DNA of 64,000 bases, from contig JAEWBO010000033.1 in the NCBI GenBank assembly GCA_023391105.1, forward strand, positions 2,471 to 66,470. The letters run 5' to 3'. The notes beneath the pieces were generated by a model. It searched no databases. It had not been told where the DNA came from and saw only the letters and a program-made list of their open reading frames with translations. A program made the translations under genes and the position numbers. Source of the stretch: Bacillota bacterium (lineage in GTDB: Bacteria > Bacillota > Clostridia > Christensenellales > SZUA-584). This document shows positions 61,981-64,000 of the stretch, piece after piece. Each line of letters opens with the position of its first letter. The first letter of the stretch is position 1.

Positions 61981-64000
61981 ATGCGGATAATAAAAATGCT
62001 GATATGTGTGCTGGCCGTGCTTATGCTCTCGGCGTGCACTGCTGATCAGGAGCCGGAATACAATATCACGTCCTGGCTGGATGCGATGAAGGCCATGGAT
62101 TATGAAGCCATGTGGGCACAGGTTGAGCCCGCTGTTGATATTGAAAAGGACAGCTTTATTAAAAAGTACGATAACATCTTTTCGGGGCTCGGCGTTAAAG
62201 AGATCACATTTGACAACATTTCAGGGCCAGACGCAAATGGCAGCTTCACATACACCGCGACATATAAAACCGAGGAGTATGGTGATTTTACCAACGATTA
62301 TGCGCTCCAGATGGTTTGGAACGAAGAAGGAAACCGCGTTTACTGGAACTATTCGCTTATTTTTCCCGACATGGAGGAAGGCGGCACGGTGCGTGTGAAA
62401 ACGCTCAAAGCCAGCCGCGGAGAGATCTTCGCGGATGACGGCACCCTGTTGGCAAAAAACACATATGCCGATACGCTTTATATGGACACCACCAAGATTG
62501 AGGATATCACGGCAGTTGGCAATGTGGTGTGCCCGCTGGCAGACATGACGCAGGCTGAATTGAAGGAGATGTATGACAAAGCTCAGGAAAACGGTACGCA
62601 GATCGTCAAGCTGGACGCGTATTTTGCGGATGAGCTTAATGAAACTCAAAGACAAAGCATACTGAGTGTACCGGGGCTGGGTATCGACGATAAGATGTAT
62701 ACGCCGATTCGTGACTATCCGCTTAAAGAGAGCGCCTCACACATCATCGGGTACATGGGTTATCCTGACGCAGAAAATCCGCCCGAAGGTTATAAAGACT
62801 CTGATAGATTGGGTGTGACGGGGCTTGAAGCCGCATATGAAGCTGAACTTCGCGGGAAGGACGGCAAAATCATATATATTGAAAACAAATGGGGCGATAA
62901 CGTCCGAACACTTTGGGAAGTGCCGATGGAGGAGGGGCAGGACTTGCGTCTCGCTATTAAGCCTAATCTTCAGCAAAAAGCTTACGAGGCGCTGGAAGCA
63001 AACTTGAGCTTAGAGGAAGGCCAGTCGGGCGTGGCGATTGTGATGGACGCGGAACACGGATACGTGGAGGCCATGGCCCAATACCCTTCTTATGACAACA
63101 ACTGGTTCACCTTTTCATTGACGGATGAACAATTGGCGTATCTGTTCGAATCGGATTTCAGCCCGCAGCTGTCACTGGCCACACAGGGCAATTATCCTCC
63201 CGGCAGCGTGATCAAGCCGTTTTCGGGGACGGCTGCGCTGGAGGGCGGTGCGATTACGCCGGATACAGAGTTTGACGGCCAGATTGTGGACGACGTTTGG
63301 CAGTCCGAGGATCTGCACGTGAGAGTCAAGCGCATCGACGATAACGCAGGCTCGCCGTTGAAGCTTGCCAATGCGCTCAAGTCTTCGGATAATATTTATT
63401 TTGCTTTTGCGGCATTGCAGCTGGGGGCTGACAAACTGATTGAATATTATAAACGCATTGGATTTGAGCAGGAAATGCCGTTTGATTTGCCGGTGAATAC
63501 GTCGGGTGTGATGAATCCGGGCAGAATGATCACAAATCAGCTGATTGCGGATATGGGTTACGGACAGGGTGAGCTCGTTTTGGCGCCCATACAGCTTGCG
63601 GCCATGTATACGGCCTTCGCGAACCAAACAGGCGATATCATGCAGCCTATACTCGTCAAAAAGCTGTGCCGTACAGAAGGCCTTGATTACGTGACGGTCA
63701 ACCAGAATGAAGGAAAGGTATGGATCGAAAACGCAGTGTCGCAGCAAAGTCTCGACACGCTTACGCCTATGCTGCAGAATGTGATTGATCGCGGCACAGG
63801 ACACGAGGCTGACATACCCGGTGTTCCCATGGCGGGAAAAACGGGGACGGCTGAGATCCAAAATAAAGCACGCGAGATTTCATGGTTTGCATGCTACTGG
63901 CTAGACGGCTATTACGATCGCCTTGTTGTGGTGATGGTGGACGTGGCGGCTGAGAAAGGCCCTGTGAAGTTTAATATCGCCAATGAACTGCTGGCACCGT
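61981..64000 (+). CDS. Class-B penicillin-binding protein with an NTF2-like (MecA_N-type) N-domain, lipoprotein; 3' end outside window
   Basis: Absent from the ORF track (no stop in the window). I translated 61981-62460 codon by codon with no stop; the rest I read by eye in the same frame. GGGAGGA precedes the ATG. Lipobox LSAC. SVIK (SxxK) about 63195, SSDN (SxN) about 63380, KTGT about 63840. Confidence 0.85.
   Translation, partial: MRIIKMLICVLAVLMLSACTADQEPEYNITSWLDAMKAMDYEAMWAQVEPAVDIEKDSFIKKYDNIFSGLGVKEITFDNISGPDANGSFTYTATYKTEEYGDFTNDYALQMVWNEEGNRVYWNYSLIFPDMEEGGTVRVKTLKASRGEIFADDGTLLAKNTYADTLYMDTTKIEDITAVGNVVCPLADMTQAELKEMYDKAQENGTQIVKLDAYFADELNETQRQSILSVPGLGIDDKMYTPIRDYPLKESASHIIGYMGYPDAENPPEGYKDSDRLGVTGLEAAYEAELRGKDGKIIYIENKWGDNVRTLWEVPMEEGQDLRLAIKPNLQQKAYEALEANLSLEEGQSGVAIVMDAEHGYVEAMAQYPSYDNNWFTFSLTDEQLAYLFESDFSPQLSLATQGNYPPGSVIKPFSGTAALEGGAITPDTEFDGQIVDDVWQSEDLHVRVKRIDDNAGSPLKLANALKSSDNIYFAFAALQLGADKLIEYYKRIGFEQEMPFDLPVNTSGVMNPGRMITNQLIADMGYGQGELVLAPIQLAAMYTAFANQTGDIMQPILVKKLCRTEGLDYVTVNQNEGKVWIENAVSQQSLDTLTPMLQNVIDRGTGHEADIPGVPMAGKTGTAEIQNKAREISWFACYWLDGYYDRLVVVMVDVAAEKGPVKFNIANELLAP

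Noticed and set aside
63172-63861. 229-aa minus-strand ORF
   Set aside because: It is antisense to the transpeptidase domain of the PBP gene, which carries SxxK, SxN and KTG motifs in the plus frame.

Overview
This 64-kb window is a chromosomal origin-of-replication region from a Firmicute, apparently Clostridia-like (taxonomic guess from gene content only). It is densely packed with housekeeping genes. I support about 60 CDS, including pyrG, glnS, gltX, fhs, pgsA, cca, dapF, pdp, dnaA, dnaN, parA, parB, purA, hpf, purL, a remB-like gene, gyrB, gyrA, nadE, mreB, dusB, lysS, greA, serC, serA, ppiB, ychF and tsaC. There is also a class-B PBP that is open at the 3' edge and missing from the supplied ORF track. 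Non-coding features: one Bacillus-type large SRP RNA (31757-32024), a bipartite oriC with DnaA boxes and a DnaA-trio run between dnaA and dnaN, three parS sites just downstream of parB, several sigma-A-type promoters and intrinsic terminators. I saw no rRNA, tRNA, CRISPR array, transposase, integrase, phage genes or recognisable defence genes. I cannot point to a clear new multi-gene system. The best leads are: (1) the block from about 17 to 27 kb (DnaA boxes, dnaA, dnaN, parAB, parS) looks lower in GC than its flanks by spot counts and has non-canonical synteny and gene orientation; (2) a promoter-to-terminator RNA element of about 180 nt lies between gyrA and an orphan membrane-anchored amino-acid-binding protein gene and matches no riboswitch class I know; (3) a COG1900/DUF39, NIL-ferredoxin and UPF0280 cluster of the kind linked to sulfide-dependent homocysteine synthesis; (4) an extra DnaA-box pair abutting the pdp stop codon, so a cell-wall hydrolase gene sits between two DnaA-box sets; (5) small items: an untracked 30-aa membrane peptide gene, two orphan membrane-anchored repeat proteins and a glycerol-1-phosphate-dehydrogenase-like gene. 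All functional calls rest on motifs I can read in the translations and on remembered family signatures. No database search was run.
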